From positions 26,556-90,555 of the forward strand of contig CAZQTW010000011.1 of assembly GCA_964596165.1 (NCBI GenBank): DNA of 64,000 nucleotides, given 5' to 3'. Shown here in pieces: positions 9,195 to 18,200 of this stretch. The position numbers were made by a program, and so were the translations under genes. This DNA comes from an uncultured Planctomycetales bacterium. Its GTDB lineage: Bacteria; Planctomycetota; Phycisphaerae; UBA1845; JAFGLZ01. The stretch's first letter is position 1, and each line of letters starts with the position of its first letter. The notes under the pieces were generated by a model. That model made no database searches. It had not been told where the DNA came from and was given only the letters and a program-made list of their open reading frames with translations.

Positions 9195-9690
9195 CGTCGA
9201 GTCGATCGAGTTGAAGAGAACAAAGCTCAGACACGAAAATGCCGCGCCCCTCGCCAGGGTCAGGTCTGTCAGCCCTCAATCCGAGGACCAAAAGCGGGGG
9301 CAATGGGACATTCGAGAACTGCGGTTAGGTTGCGGCGCGATGAGGGCCGGCATCCGCGTTCTGTTGAAGCGCGCCGGGCCGGAGGCTTGCGATCTCAAGA
9401 CCGTCCTCAGCGCCCGAAGGTTTGGCAGTCTCATTCGTCGTGACAACGCCCAGAGAATCGGCTTGATCCCACCGGAAATCGATCACCAGCGGATTCATCC
9501 CACAGCCAACATGGTGCCGGCAAGGGCGAAGGGGGCTCTGCTCACGCCGAAAGCCCGCCGGCAAGGATAAGGCACCGTCCGACGAACCCGACACGTCGGA
9601 TTGTCCCTCAACGGGGGTTTCCAAACCGTGTTCGCCGACGCTATGATCTTCCCGGACACGTGAACCTGTTAGGTCTGGGGGCTTATCAAC

Positions 9691-10485
9691 ATGCATGACT
9701 TTGAAGAAAGCGACGTTTCGCGGGCGATTCTGGAGGCGTACCACGCCAAGTTTGCCGAAGCCCTTCGGAGCGATGTGGTCATTGTCGGTGCCGGTCCGTC
9801 GGGTCTGGTGGCCGCCTGGCGGTTGGCGCGGGCGAGTCGTCGCGTCGTCGTTCTTGAAAAGCGGCTGAGCCCCGGCGGGGGCGTTTGGGGCGGCAGCCTT
9901 GGGATGAACGAGGTCGTCGTTCAGAAGGAGGCACTCGACATCCTGAACGAGGCGGACGTAAGGCACCGGGCTCGCGGCTGCGTCTTCACGGCCGACGCAA
10001 TGGAACTGGCCTCGGCGTTGTGTCTGAAGGCCCTCCGCGCCGGGGCAATCCTCCTCAACCTCACGATGGCCGAAGACCTCTGCGTTCGCGGCGGGCGCGT
10101 TACCGGCGTCGTCGCAAACCGATCGATGCTCGGAGAGAATCTGCCCATCGACCCGATCGTTTTCACCGCCGAGGCCACGATCGATGCTACCGGACACGAG
10201 GCCGTTCTGGCCAACTGCCTGCAACGCCGCGGCCTCTTGAAGGACGCCCCCACCCGGCTTCCCGGCGAAGGCCCAATGGACGCCCGGGCCGGTGAACAGT
10301 TCGTGGTGGACCACGTCACCGAGCTTTATCCCGGCTTGTGGACAACCGGCATGAGCGTCTGCGCGTCGCTGGGCGGACCGAGAATGGGTCCGATCTTTGG
10401 GGGCATGCTGATGTCCGGGACCGTGGTCGCCGAACAGGTGCTGAAGGGCATCGCCACGGGCGAACCGAGGCGCCGTCGTGACTGA
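9691..10485 (+). CDS. thi4: Thi4-family thiazole synthase, catalytic His type
   Basis: VVIVGAGPSGLVAA FAD fold, plus IDATGHEAVL with His where the eukaryotic suicide enzymes carry Cys. This suggests the sulfide-dependent archaeal/anaerobe type. Confidence 0.85.
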   Translation: MHDFEESDVSRAILEAYHAKFAEALRSDVVIVGAGPSGLVAAWRLARASRRVVVLEKRLSPGGGVWGGSLGMNEVVVQKEALDILNEADVRHRARGCVFTADAMELASALCLKALRAGAILLNLTMAEDLCVRGGRVTGVVANRSMLGENLPIDPIVFTAEATIDATGHEAVLANCLQRRGLLKDAPTRLPGEGPMDARAGEQFVVDHVTELYPGLWTTGMSVCASLGGPRMGPIFGGMLMSGTVVAEQVLKGIATGEPRRRRD

Positions 10486-10618
10486 GCCACAGTCGTCTGC
10501 CGTCGCCCGTTACCCGCTTTGTCTCGCGACACTCGGTTGCCTGGAACACACCGGCAAGACACTTCGATGTCATGGCCGCCGCTTGTCGCCGATTGCGGAT
10601 CGACGAGGGGACGACCGC

Positions 10619-10951
10619 CTACCTTCCGGAATCAGGTTCAGTCCCACGTCGTTCAAGCACGCGCCGGAGTGTGTCGGCGATGATCTCCACACGGCCGCGC
10701 CGAGCACGGCTCCAGGCCCGTGAAAGTTCAACCGGATCGAAATGCTCGCGGAGAAACCCTTCGATATCGAACACGCCGCCCCAACAACTCACAACACGTG
10801 GGCACGGCAGCGACTGACTCAGGCCCCGACAATAGCCGAATGTGACCGGGTTTCCAAGCTGGGGACACCGCGAGATGAGGTGGTGGTCGTAGCGAGCCTC
10901 CCGCCGATCCGGCTCATCCGATCGGCTCGGGTGTTCAGGTTGATCCGACAT
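10619..10951 (-). CDS. Small Cys-rich protein (C-X11-C-X8-C-X5-C) co-transcribed with the bEBP
   Basis: MSDQPEH...RCPQLGNPVTFGYCRGLSQSLPCPRVVSCWGGVFDIEGFL. ATG 10951 overlaps the bEBP stop by 17 nt. I cannot name the family. Confidence 0.55.
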   Translation of the reverse strand: MSDQPEHPSRSDEPDRREARYDHHLISRCPQLGNPVTFGYCRGLSQSLPCPRVVSCWGGVFDIEGFLREHFDPVELSRAWSRARRGRVEIIADTLRRVLERRGTEPDSGR

Positions 10952-12416
10952 TCGATCCTCCCTTCCGGGCCGTTCGAGTCTGCCGCGCCCCGCTCTCCTG
11001 CGAATCCTCATGCCTACCGCGTCTTCGTGCGGCCCTGCCGTCCCTTTCCGGCAGCACAAGTCCGAACGATTTCATCTTTCGGAACAACGTGGTCTTGTGC
11101 ATGCCGAGTTCCCGGGCGGTCGCCAGTCGGTTGTAGTTGTTCCTCTTGAGCGATTCCAGGATCGCCTGGGCCTCCACCGCGCGAAGCGCACCGGCAACGT
11201 CACGGGCCGACGGACGTGAAGCTGCTCGAAGCGCCAGGTCCTCCGGCAGGTGACGAGGCTCGATCAGTCTGTCGGGACCAAGCACAAAGGCATGCTCGAT
11301 GATATTCTCCAACTCGCGGATGTTGCCGGGGTACTCGTGGGCCAGCAAGATTGCCATGGCCTCTTGGCTGATCCCCTCCACGGACTTGCCCTGCAACCGG
11401 TTGAACCGAGCGATGAAGTGTTCGGCCAGAAGGGGGATGTCCTCCTTGCGCCTTCGCAGGGGCGGCAACTCCAGCCTCACCACGTTGATGCGATAGAACA
11501 AGTCCTGGCGGAAGGTCCCCTCTCTAACCAGGCAAGTCAGCTCCTTGTTGGTCGCGGTAATGACCCGAACGTCCGCCTTGACCGACTCCGTGCCTCCGAG
11601 GGGCTCGTAAACCTTGTCCTGGAGTACGCGAAGAAGCCGAGTCTGCAACGCCGGACTGACATCGCCGATCTCATCGAGGAAAAGAGTCCCTCCCTCAGCC
11701 AGAGCAAATCGGCCGGGTTTGTCCTTCTGAGCCCCGGTAAATGCACCCGCCTTGTATCCGAATAGCTCGGACTCCAACAACGTGTCCGGTAGAGCTCCGC
11801 AGTTGACAACGACGAACGGACCCTCGCAACGAGCGCTCAGGTTGTGGATCGCCCGGGCCAGGAGTTCCTTGCCGGTTCCCGTCTCACCTTGAATCAGAAT
11901 CGTGCTGTCACTGGCGGCCACGTGAGGCAAGACGCCGAGGATCTTCCTCATGGAAGCGCTGCGGCTGACCATGTCCCCCAATTCGAATCGGCCTTCCAGC
12001 TCCTTGCGAAGTTCCTCCACAACGCTCAAGTCACGGAACGTCTCCGCCCCTCCGATGACGTTACCCGCCCCGTCCCGAAGAAGGGCCGTCGAGACGCTGA
12101 TGGGAATACGGCGTCCTTCGGCATCGATGATGAAGGCGGATTGGTTGATCACCGGCGCGCCGGTGTTCATGGTGCGCCGCAGGGCACAATCGACCTCGCA
12201 CATGTTCGCCCGAAAGACCTCCGAGCAACGGCGACCGATCGCCTCATGGCGCGGAATCCCCGTGATTTCCTCCGCAGCGCGGTTGAATGAGGTGATCCGC
12301 CACTCGTGATCGACCGTGAAGACACCGTCGGAGATGCTCTCCAGGATGATCTCGGTGGCCGCGGGTGTCGCCGGCAGAGCATCGGGCCTTCGCTCTCTTC
12401 TCCTTGGCTTACTCAT
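10935..12416 (-). CDS. Sigma-54-dependent transcriptional activator (PAS - AAA+ - Fis HTH), no receiver domain
   Basis: PAS domain with [18 protein letters not shown] (C-X8-C-X3-C). AAA+ domain with [21 protein letters not shown] and ESELFGY. C-terminal [21 protein letters not shown]. Confidence 0.9.
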   Translation of the reverse strand: MSKPRRRERRPDALPATPAATEIILESISDGVFTVDHEWRITSFNRAAEEITGIPRHEAIGRRCSEVFRANMCEVDCALRRTMNTGAPVINQSAFIIDAEGRRIPISVSTALLRDGAGNVIGGAETFRDLSVVEELRKELEGRFELGDMVSRSASMRKILGVLPHVAASDSTILIQGETGTGKELLARAIHNLSARCEGPFVVVNCGALPDTLLESELFGYKAGAFTGAQKDKPGRFALAEGGTLFLDEIGDVSPALQTRLLRVLQDKVYEPLGGTESVKADVRVITATNKELTCLVREGTFRQDLFYRINVVRLELPPLRRRKEDIPLLAEHFIARFNRLQGKSVEGISQEAMAILLAHEYPGNIRELENIIEHAFVLGPDRLIEPRHLPEDLALRAASRPSARDVAGALRAVEAQAILESLKRNNYNRLATARELGMHKTTLFRKMKSFGLVLPERDGRAARRRGRHEDSQESGARQTRTARKGGSNVGST

Positions 12417-12675
12417 TCATCGTGTCCCGCCTCATGGGCATCCTTGCGGCGGACCCGCACATGGGTGATGCCGATCGTGTCGGACGCCCCCCCACCGTCC
12501 CGCGCCCTTCCGGGTGACATCATCCAGTATACAACGGCCCGCTCCTAAACGCAGACGGGAGGCAGAGGAACCATGCCAAACGGTGACGCAGCGGATCGAG
12601 CTGATGAAGGCCGTTGGAGAACGGGAACTCCGGCAGCTTCGCCCAACGAACCCAACGGACGTGTCGCCCCCACGG

Positions 12676-15018
12676 TCAATGCGGCGGCGGACACCACTGG
12701 TTCTCGCCCGGCAGGCATTCCGGCTTGGGCGGATACGGCCCCGGGCCGATCGGCTTGAGGCGCTCCGCCGGGGTACAGGGGCCGCCGGCCCCGTCCGGAC
12801 AGGTCATGTTCGGCGTGCTGGTGGGCGGCTTGGGCGCCTTGACAATGACCTCGTAGACTTGCCCGTCGGGCCCGGTGTAGCACCATGTGTTCGCGATCGG
12901 CTTTCCGTATACGTCGAGACAGAGGGTGTTCGGGTCCACGTCAAACGACGCGCTCGTCAGGTCGGCACCCGCCAGGAACGCCTGCGTAAAGTCCGTGCCC
13001 TGGAGATAGGCCAGGTGGAAGTGCGCGCCCGCCAGCGACGCCCCGACGAACTTGCAGTTGACCAGGACGGCGTAATCGAAATTCGCGTTGGAGGCCTTGG
13101 CATTGGTGAAGTCCATACCCGACGCGACGCAGCCGGCAAGATCGACGCCGTCCATCTTGGCGTTCTGCAAAGTGGCGTTCTTTCCGTACAGGTGGGCGCC
13201 GGCCAAGCGAACGTTCCGAAGATCGGCCCCCTCCAGGTTGACGTTCGGCATGAAGGCGTGATCAAGGATGGCCGGACCGGGATGGTCGGTCGGGCTGGCA
13301 GTGCCCAGGAGGATGCCCTGCAAATTGGCCCCCTCTAGGTCGGCGTAGGCGAGGTGCGCGCCGAGTGCAACCGCGTTGCTCAGGTTCGCCGACTGAAGGT
13401 CGGCCTGGTTCAGGACCGCTCCGATCAGCGTCGCGCCGGCCAGATTACATTCGCGCATGTCGGCGCCCGTGAAATCCGCACCGTCGCACACTGCTCCCCG
13501 CAGGTCGACGCCGGTCATTCGGACATTCCGGAAGGAGCAGCCGGTCAGGTCGGCACGAGGGGTTATCGTCGCCTTCGACATGTTCGCGCTGTCGAAGTTG
13601 CAGTCCTTGAGCGGCTCCGCGCCGGTCAGGTCACAGCCGGCCATGTTGAGTCCGGTGAAACACATCGCATTGACGTGCTTTACGCCCTTGAGACTGGCGC
13701 CCTGGAGGCTCTTGAGATTGCTCCAGTTGACTCCGATGGCGTCGATATGGTCCAGCCTGGCGTTCGCCAGGTCGGCGCCCTCGAAGTTCGCGCCCGTCAG
13801 GTTTGCGGAGGAGAAGTCGCAGCCCTGCAGGTTCGCTCCGGAAAAGTCGGCGTTCCCCGACAGTGTCGAGCCCGCGAACGAGACGCCCTGCGCCGCGGCG
13901 ATTTCCTTGAAGGTACAGTGCCTCAGATCCAGGCCGGAAAAGTCCGCCCCAGATAGATCCGCGCGGGCAAACGAGCCGTACCAGTACACATAGGGAGAGT
14001 GCACGAGCGTCGCCCCACTGAGGTCGGACCCGGTAAAGTCGATCCACCTCCAAGTCCCCTGGAACGTCGTCCCCGTCAGATCGCTGGAAACGAAGCTGGC
14101 CCCCAACGGCACATCCGTCTGTTCCGCCGCCAGATCGAATGACGCGCCGGCCATGGCGCATTGATCGAACGTGGCATCCCCCATCCTTAGCGGAGATTGG
14201 CAAAGGCTGTCGGAATCCGGCTGCTGGAACCTCGCCCCGGCGAAGTTGCAGAGCGTCATCCTAACGCCGAAGAAGTTGCAACCGACAAACGAACAATTCG
14301 AGAAGTCCTTGTCGGAGAACTCCTGATAGCTTGCTTCCCAGCAGGAGAACGTCAGCCCGGCGGCCGAATCGCTCACGGTGAGGTTCCAAGGCAGCGGCTT
14401 GATCGACCCTCCGGGACAGTCCGTCGCATGTTTCGCCACCTGCGACTTGAGAAGCGGCACCCTCCGGGCTTCTCCGGAGAGCGTGAGGAACAGGACGTCA
14501 CCAGGCGCTTCGGGCAGTCCCTTTTGGGCATGCCGAACGTGCAGCGTGTAGCGCCCCGGGTCAATCATAACGGCAGGCGCGTCGGCGCCGTTGGTCGCGG
14601 CGACTAGTTCGCGCCCTGTTTCGTCACGCAGAACGGCGCTGTGGCCGCGCTGGTTGCCCAGGGCGAATCGTATCGAGATCTGCATCCGATCGCGGAAATA
14701 ATAGGGAATCTCGTCCACGCCCGTCTCGTTGCCGGTATCGCCTTCCTCCGATTCGGCCGCGCGGAGATCGAGCACCACGATATCACCGAGCCCGACAGTC
14801 AAATTAGGGTCCGCGGCGAACTCCCGCTCGCAGAAGGCGTTCTTGCCCCCTCGGGCTACGGAGGCCGGCTCGGGGTCGGGGTTCTGCCACGGCCACACGA
14901 AACAGCCGCCGGGTAGCAGCGACAGGGCAACAAGGCAGAGCGCCAGAGCCCCGGCTCCCGAGAGCAGCGAGACGCACCCATGCCGATTCCAACCGTTGTG
15001 CCGATTATTCAGGTCCAT
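12676..15018 (-). CDS. Pentapeptide-repeat lipoprotein (780 aa) with a Cys/Pro-rich C-terminal tail
   Basis: Signal peptide with LLPGGC lipobox. About 450 aa of A(D/N)LxG-type pentapeptide repeats (ANLQGCDFSSANLTGANFEGADLANARL...). Tail: IGPGPYPPKPECLPGENQWCPPPH. Confidence 0.85.
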   Translation of the reverse strand: MDLNNRHNGWNRHGCVSLLSGAGALALCLVALSLLPGGCFVWPWQNPDPEPASVARGGKNAFCEREFAADPNLTVGLGDIVVLDLRAAESEEGDTGNETGVDEIPYYFRDRMQISIRFALGNQRGHSAVLRDETGRELVAATNGADAPAVMIDPGRYTLHVRHAQKGLPEAPGDVLFLTLSGEARRVPLLKSQVAKHATDCPGGSIKPLPWNLTVSDSAAGLTFSCWEASYQEFSDKDFSNCSFVGCNFFGVRMTLCNFAGARFQQPDSDSLCQSPLRMGDATFDQCAMAGASFDLAAEQTDVPLGASFVSSDLTGTTFQGTWRWIDFTGSDLSGATLVHSPYVYWYGSFARADLSGADFSGLDLRHCTFKEIAAAQGVSFAGSTLSGNADFSGANLQGCDFSSANLTGANFEGADLANARLDHIDAIGVNWSNLKSLQGASLKGVKHVNAMCFTGLNMAGCDLTGAEPLKDCNFDSANMSKATITPRADLTGCSFRNVRMTGVDLRGAVCDGADFTGADMRECNLAGATLIGAVLNQADLQSANLSNAVALGAHLAYADLEGANLQGILLGTASPTDHPGPAILDHAFMPNVNLEGADLRNVRLAGAHLYGKNATLQNAKMDGVDLAGCVASGMDFTNAKASNANFDYAVLVNCKFVGASLAGAHFHLAYLQGTDFTQAFLAGADLTSASFDVDPNTLCLDVYGKPIANTWCYTGPDGQVYEVIVKAPKPPTSTPNMTCPDGAGGPCTPAERLKPIGPGPYPPKPECLPGENQWCPPPH

Positions 15019-15057
15019 GATTGATCCTCGTCGTTCCGTTCGATACGCGCCGTGGCC

Positions 15058-15134
15058 TCAGTGCGGCGGCGGACACCATTCGTTTTCACCGGGGAGGCAT
15101 TCCGGCTTCGGCGGATACGGCCCCGGGCCGATCA
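15058..15134 (-). pseudogene. Orphan copy of the Cys/Pro C-terminal tail, with no intact ORF context
   Basis: The minus strand encodes (L)IGPGPYPPKPECLPGENEWCPPPH-stop, matching the last 25 codons of 12676-15018. An in-frame TGA lies 9 codons upstream of the Ile and there is no start codon. Confidence 0.5.
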
Positions 15135-15205
15135 GGGTGTCGACAGGCTCGGTTCGGGTTCACGCGTCACCTCCCACACAACCGCCGGAGACGAGTCGGG
15201 CGACG

Positions 15206-18200
15206 TCAACTTCCGCAAATCGACGGATTGACGATCGTGTTCGGCGCGTCGCTTCCCGGCGTGGACGGCGTCCACTGCGAGAGCGAAGGTTCGGTCAGGC
15301 CGTTTGGGCCGACGAACGACTCGTAGTTGAGCGAATACACCGTTCGCCAGTAGTCCACGGCGATGCGGGCGGCGGGCACCCCCTCCGTTCGGGACAGCCA
15401 CACGCCGTCCGGCTTGTAAACATCGAGGAAGTAGTCGGCGGGCTGCAGGCCCGTGCCCGTATACCCCAGAACGTAGAGGTAGCCGGCCGCCTCAACCTTC
15501 ATGTCAAGATAGACGGCGGTGTTGGGCGGATCCTTCAACGGCATCGTGCTGGAGGTCTTGTCGGCGAAATAGGCGACGGCGTTTCCGGTCACGTCGAAAG
15601 CCTGGATGCGATTGTTTCCGGCTTCCAGGACAACAATGGTCCCGTCGGGCGTGACCGAAATGGCCACGGGCGAATTCAAGAGGCCGACGCGAGTCCCAGG
15701 TCCCGCCTTCAACGTGGACATGACCGACGTGTCGTCCGGCTTCGGTTCGTCCTCGAGCTTGATGATCTCCATCTTGTGGCTGCTCGTGTTGACCCCCACG
15801 ATGTAGCCGGCCGGATGGACGGCGACGGCGTTCATCACCTGGCTGAACCGTCCCCAACTCCGGATCTGATGCGTGTCCATCGGCGTGGTCTTGTCCAGGA
15901 CGATCGACCGCACGTGGTAGTCGCCGTTCCGGGCGTCGATGAAAAAGTTCTTGCCGCGTCCGGACGCCGGACCCATCAGGTCATACGCCATGGCCGGCAT
16001 CTGTACGTAGCCGCACCCCGACGTCTTCAGTCCGTCGTCGGGCGGGTTGTTCAGCGAGATGTTGCGCAGCGTGTACAGCAGCGTGGCTCCTCCGGTGTTG
16101 TCGCACGTGTGGGTCTGCCCGCCGCCCAGGAAGCCGTAGCCCAGCATGCCGGTGAGCTGGCTGACCGTCAGATTCACGAGGCTGCACAGACCGGTGTTGC
16201 TCGCGCAGTCCAAGTCTCCGCGGGTGGCCGTCGGGGCCGAGGTGGCGGACCAGTGGTGGGCACCTCCGGCATACGTCAGCTTCTGGTAGTGCGAGTATTT
16301 CGTGTTCTTCGTCAGCGGGACCTGGTTCTCGGTAATCGTGACGGTCACTGCGCCGGCGGACTCCGGCGTGTTGGGGATCGGACCGACCTTGCCCGTGTTG
16401 TCGAGGACGCCGCCGTAACCGGCGATCCAGTCGTCGTCCGAGAGGAACCAGGTCTCGATCTGAACCGTGCCGCCCTCGGGAACGTTCGTGAAGTTCACGA
16501 CGATATCGGCCGACGTGGTGCCCGTCAGCTTGCCGCAGTAGTAGCGGGTCGTCTTCTTGCCGTACAGGGCCCGTACGACGTACTTTCGCGCGACCAGCGG
16601 GAAGTGGGTGTCCTTCGGGTCGTGCTTGATCGTCACCTGCGTGTTCATGGTGGCCGACAGCGTATTGTCGAAAATCGCCGGGGATGCCAGGACCTCCCCG
16701 ACGGTCTGACCGATCTGCGACACCGTGGCGCCGATGGACAGGGCCTTCACCGCCCAGCCGACGAACGGGATGGCCTGCACGAGTTCCTCCGCCGTTGCAT
16801 AGGCCAGGATTCGGGCCAAGAGGGCGGGTATCTTCATGATGACGAGGCTTACGATGACGTTGGCGACGTCGATGATCACCGGACGAATACTGCCTGAGAA
16901 ATAGGCGTGAATGGCCTCGCCGCCGGTGATGATGGGAAAGAGAATCCCGGCGATCGCCCACTTGATGTCGGGGTCTTTCAGCAGATCCGAAATCCACTTG
17001 GAGGATTGAAGGCCCACGCCCAGCGACAGCAGGAGCGTCGGGATCCCGATATTCAGCACCAACGTCCAGGCCGAAGGATTGGCCGCCTCTTCGCTGAACG
17101 CACCGCCGCCCACGCCCAACGACCCGAAGATGATCCGGGCGGACGTGGCGTCCGCCGGCAGTGTGATGTTGAGCTTCGTCTTTTCCAGAAGGTCGCCCGT
17201 CAGGGGGATCCCCATGATCGTACTGTTCGAGTTGACGTCGTCCAGGTACTGGGAGTTCCTCGACGCAATATCATGCTCGCCGGGGTTCGCCAACGGCAGG
17301 ACGTTCCCATCGGCGTCCAGGTACTGTGCCCAGGCGGCCGCGCACCGCAGGTAAAGGTTGTCCACCGTCAGTCTGACCGCTCGGCTGGCGGCGTCGGTCA
17401 CTTGGAAATCGTAGTATCGGATGCCGTGCACCCTCGATCCGACGGCGTCGTGGAGGGCATAGTTGGTCGCCGCTGCCGGCGCCTCCAGCCCCGGCGCCAC
17501 GCCGTCCGGTCCAACCATGGTGAATCCGTCGGCGGGATGCCACTGTTGGTCCTGGAAGTCCGCGTCGTCGAAGATCAGCGCCTTGACCTCATCGATCGTG
17601 TCGCCGAGCCGCTCGTTGGTTTGATCCGAGGGAACCTGCTCGTAAACCGGCTTGCCGTCTGGGCCGATGACGGGGTTCCCGTCCGGGTCCTTTGAAGGGA
17701 CGATGCGGAGGTAGCCGTTGCTGACGCCCGCCGGCCCCTGCGCCATGATACAGTTCACCAAAAGGGTGAACGACGGAGCAACCTCGATCGCGGGATCGAC
17801 CAGGGCCGCGATCTTCGGATCGAGGTTCATGATGTCCGGATGGTGGAACACCAGCGATTTGCCGGCGGCGATCCACGTGTTGATGTCGTTGATCCAGGTC
17901 AGGACCTGCGCCGTGGCCTCGATGTCTTGGCCGCTCCGGACGCCTTCCGGCAGTTGGACCCCGTAGGTCCTGAGGAACGTGTGGGAGGACTCGCTGAGGG
18001 CGTGCGTCAACAGGCCGGACTCCACCTTCGCCCGCCGCCGCTGCGCCGCGTGACGCCAGGCGTACGACGGAATGTGGATGCTCGTCATCACCACCGCTTC
18101 CACGGGGCCGGTGTCGGTCTCGATCTGCATCGAGACATACCAGTGCTGACAGGCGTCGGCGGGCAGGTCCACGTCTTCAGCGTAGTGCGTCAGCCGCTCG

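Noticed and set aside
9184-9570. 128-aa ORF in the 640-bp gap between the sigma-54 promoter region and thi4.
   Set aside because: No RBS, no recognisable motif and an Arg-rich composition. It overlaps the predicted enhancer region. Left unannotated.
9571-9690. Possible TPP riboswitch upstream of thi4. The layout GGGGU ... GCUAUGAU ... UCCC ... UGAACCUGUUAGG loosely resembles GGGGUGC / CUGAGA / ACCC / ACCUGAUCUGG.
   Set aside because: The near-invariant CUGAGA is not present (it reads UAUGAU). The pyrophosphate-sensing half (GCCAGCG-AGGGA) is missing because the start codon follows immediately. I could not draw consistent P2-P5 pairings. An Infernal scan with the TPP model would be decisive.
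10960-10990. GTTCGAGTC, a T-loop-like string suggesting a tRNA.
   Set aside because: The flanking bases do not form a T-stem or any cloverleaf. The site lies inside the bEBP / small Cys-protein coding overlap.
14729-16897. Very long ORFs antisense or out of frame to the called genes. Examples: 14729-16897 (+), 4023-5375 (+), 9325-10314 (-), 20029-21327 (-), 28051-29457 (-), 30454-31893 (+), 35669-36958 (-), 58334-59902 (+), 23475-24023 (+, upstream extension).
   Set aside because: They are Arg/Gly/Pro/Ala-rich, low-complexity translations typical of non-coding frames in high-GC DNA. Each lies opposite a gene with a clear family signature, and none has motifs I recognise.
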